A stretch of 64,000 nt of DNA, from positions 2,046 to 66,045 of the forward strand of contig CALOBL010000015.1 of NCBI GenBank assembly GCA_942491655.1, given 5' to 3'. The position numbers and the translations under genes are program-made. The notes under the pieces are model-generated. The model searched no databases. It was not told the origin of the DNA and worked only from the letters and a program-made list of their open reading frames with translations. The number at the start of each line of letters is the position of its first letter. The first letter of the stretch is position 1. This DNA comes from Candidatus Cloacimonadaceae bacterium (GTDB taxonomy: Bacteria; Cloacimonadota; Cloacimonadia; Cloacimonadales; TCS61). Positions 63,701-64,000 of this stretch are shown here, piece by piece.

Positions 63701-63816
63701 ACAATGATAACTATGTAGCACCAGAAACAATTGATATTCGTAATATGTATGACAAAGATCCGTCAAATTATAGTAGTGGGCGTACTTATAATTTTGGAAT
63801 TTCATATAGATGGTAA
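60748..63816 (+). CDS. TonB-dependent receptor with N-terminal carboxypeptidase-regulatory-like domain
   Basis: GTTGKLAGKVKD, plug LHVRGGRPDEV.FSVDG, GGFPAEFGNAQSGIVNIITKDG; C-terminal GRTYNFGISYRW. Confidence 0.9.
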   Translation: MAKKIILLLTISILFTSILFAGTTGKLAGKVKDQNGDPIPFANVVLVGTEIGARTNDKGQYIIINIPPGTYSVQISRQGFQPARVEGLNINLDETTIQNMTLSKAVIEMGGISVTAARNELVSKSNTSSGLTLSEDAIENISVDNIEGLVAIQAGASVVDGELHVRGGRPDEVVFSVDGMSVSDPVDGGAALTIDTDAIKDMKVMTGGFPAEFGNAQSGIVNIITKDGGRNYSGKMELSSDHIIEDTDNSNSDVVKFSLGGPVLGPIAPSLRDKFTFFFNGAANWHDTRYKDYYDDSPVDEISTLISSWNEFEAYNPYDGREDVLGFDLGDRNYNNYNANLKMKYVFNPKSNVTFALRGDQYHNLPFAYTWKYALEHYAEIEGTQRQYISTFAHVFNPQMNIKVKASLYEKTVKQNPRGISLNDYFVMDPDSFELLSPNTAGNSTGIIYLTETDGDGVTGDYQYFNWQYETNDGDAEGIPFQRPGTIWGSYFDDSNQELALKADFEYQVNQIHGLKTGFEVKKHHIEKDRVLNPWNISDTRYNNYLTEQQPDSSFVAGDTIYVGGSEVVLTEDKNFYSLENIYAATIAASGTTDGYKADPWQGAFYLQDKMEWEGMIVNAGLRFDMWYLGSDYDIVTANYTGSYLTSINPDAEMNSIYYLPDATEEEDPENYYKYREAKKYYNNIKDRFETPEVMVSPRLGISHPISEKAVLHFAYNYQRQLPQMQYIFTTGRPQDVIENPSANIIIGNPELEAQSTITYEAGLQYQLGEDYVLDITTYYKNIYNYVSTQEVTDSLDTTLQWNEYISEDYGSARGVDINLQKLLSNFISGSASYSLTWANGNHSETNSNNEESLREFPLNWDIRNSFNLNVTFQIAKGEEFYIPFTDVVLPLDDFTTNFSYNISSGRPYTVADDEGNLSEETNSDLQPYTEEADLTIRKNFSFGEKRKRLSFYMTINNLFNKRNIYEVYAITGSPYYSGVDLDTNNDNYVAPETIDIRNMYDKDPSNYSSGRTYNFGISYRW

Positions 63817-63850
63817 TTTAAATAAATAAAAAATCAGGAGGATTTTTAAT

Positions 63851-64000
63851 ATGAGGAAAAGATTCTTAATGTTGTTCATAATAATGGCATTAGCAAATTT
63901 CATGTTTACAGTTGTTGCATATGCCCAGGAAGAAGTTGTGGATGAAGCTGTAACAGGTGAAGAAGTGGTAGCTGGAGATGCTGTCGCAGAGGAAATGCCA
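63851..64000 (+). CDS. Exported protein, N-terminal fragment (possibly ExbB/TolQ-type given its position)
   Basis: AGGAG RBS; MRKRFLMLFIIMALANFMFTVVAYA-QEEVVDEAV; runs off the window, so the family call is positional only. Confidence 0.5.
   Translation, partial: MRKRFLMLFIIMALANFMFTVVAYAQEEVVDEAVTGEEVVAGDAVAEEMP

Overview
Core-genome window from an AT-rich diderm bacterium of the FCB group, most like Cloacimonadota. This is inferred from T9SS-type/FlgD C-terminal domains, PorV-like barrels, a TonB-dependent receptor and a type II glutaminyl cyclase. 1-20 kb (minus strand) is the translation/transcription superoperon: tRNA-Thr/Tyr/Gly/Thr, tuf, rpmG, tRNA-Trp, secE, nusG, rplKAJL, rpoBC, rpsLG, fusA. 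It is followed by prmC, an AbiEi/AbiEii type IV toxin-antitoxin pair wedged in front of murA, and mnmA. 20-31 kb holds cysS, rsmD, an unannotated 52-aa Cys protein, ComEA-like HhH proteins, a glutaminyl cyclase-like M28 lipoprotein, tRNA-Glu/Lys, an HD protein, a pentapeptide-repeat protein and an orphan MsmX ATPase. 31-38 kb is a tight operon: yggS, a divergent PlsY-like gene, two tandem YghO/bCerS-like GNATs, an AUR1-like PAP2 and a BatA protein. This is the best candidate for an undescribed (sphingo)lipid pathway. 38-50.5 kb encodes three large secreted CTD-bearing proteins with gingipain-adhesin-like split FnIII modules and recurrent Arg junction motifs. 50.5-64 kb holds gap, fba, PPIase-TPR, PTS IIA, porV-like, glyS, an aminotransferase, lipM-like and a TonB receptor. 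At least 12 genes between 1 and 34 kb, many essential, carry single-base frameshifts, mostly in homopolymers; these are treated as sequencing errors. No CRISPR array, IS element, rRNA or prophage was seen.
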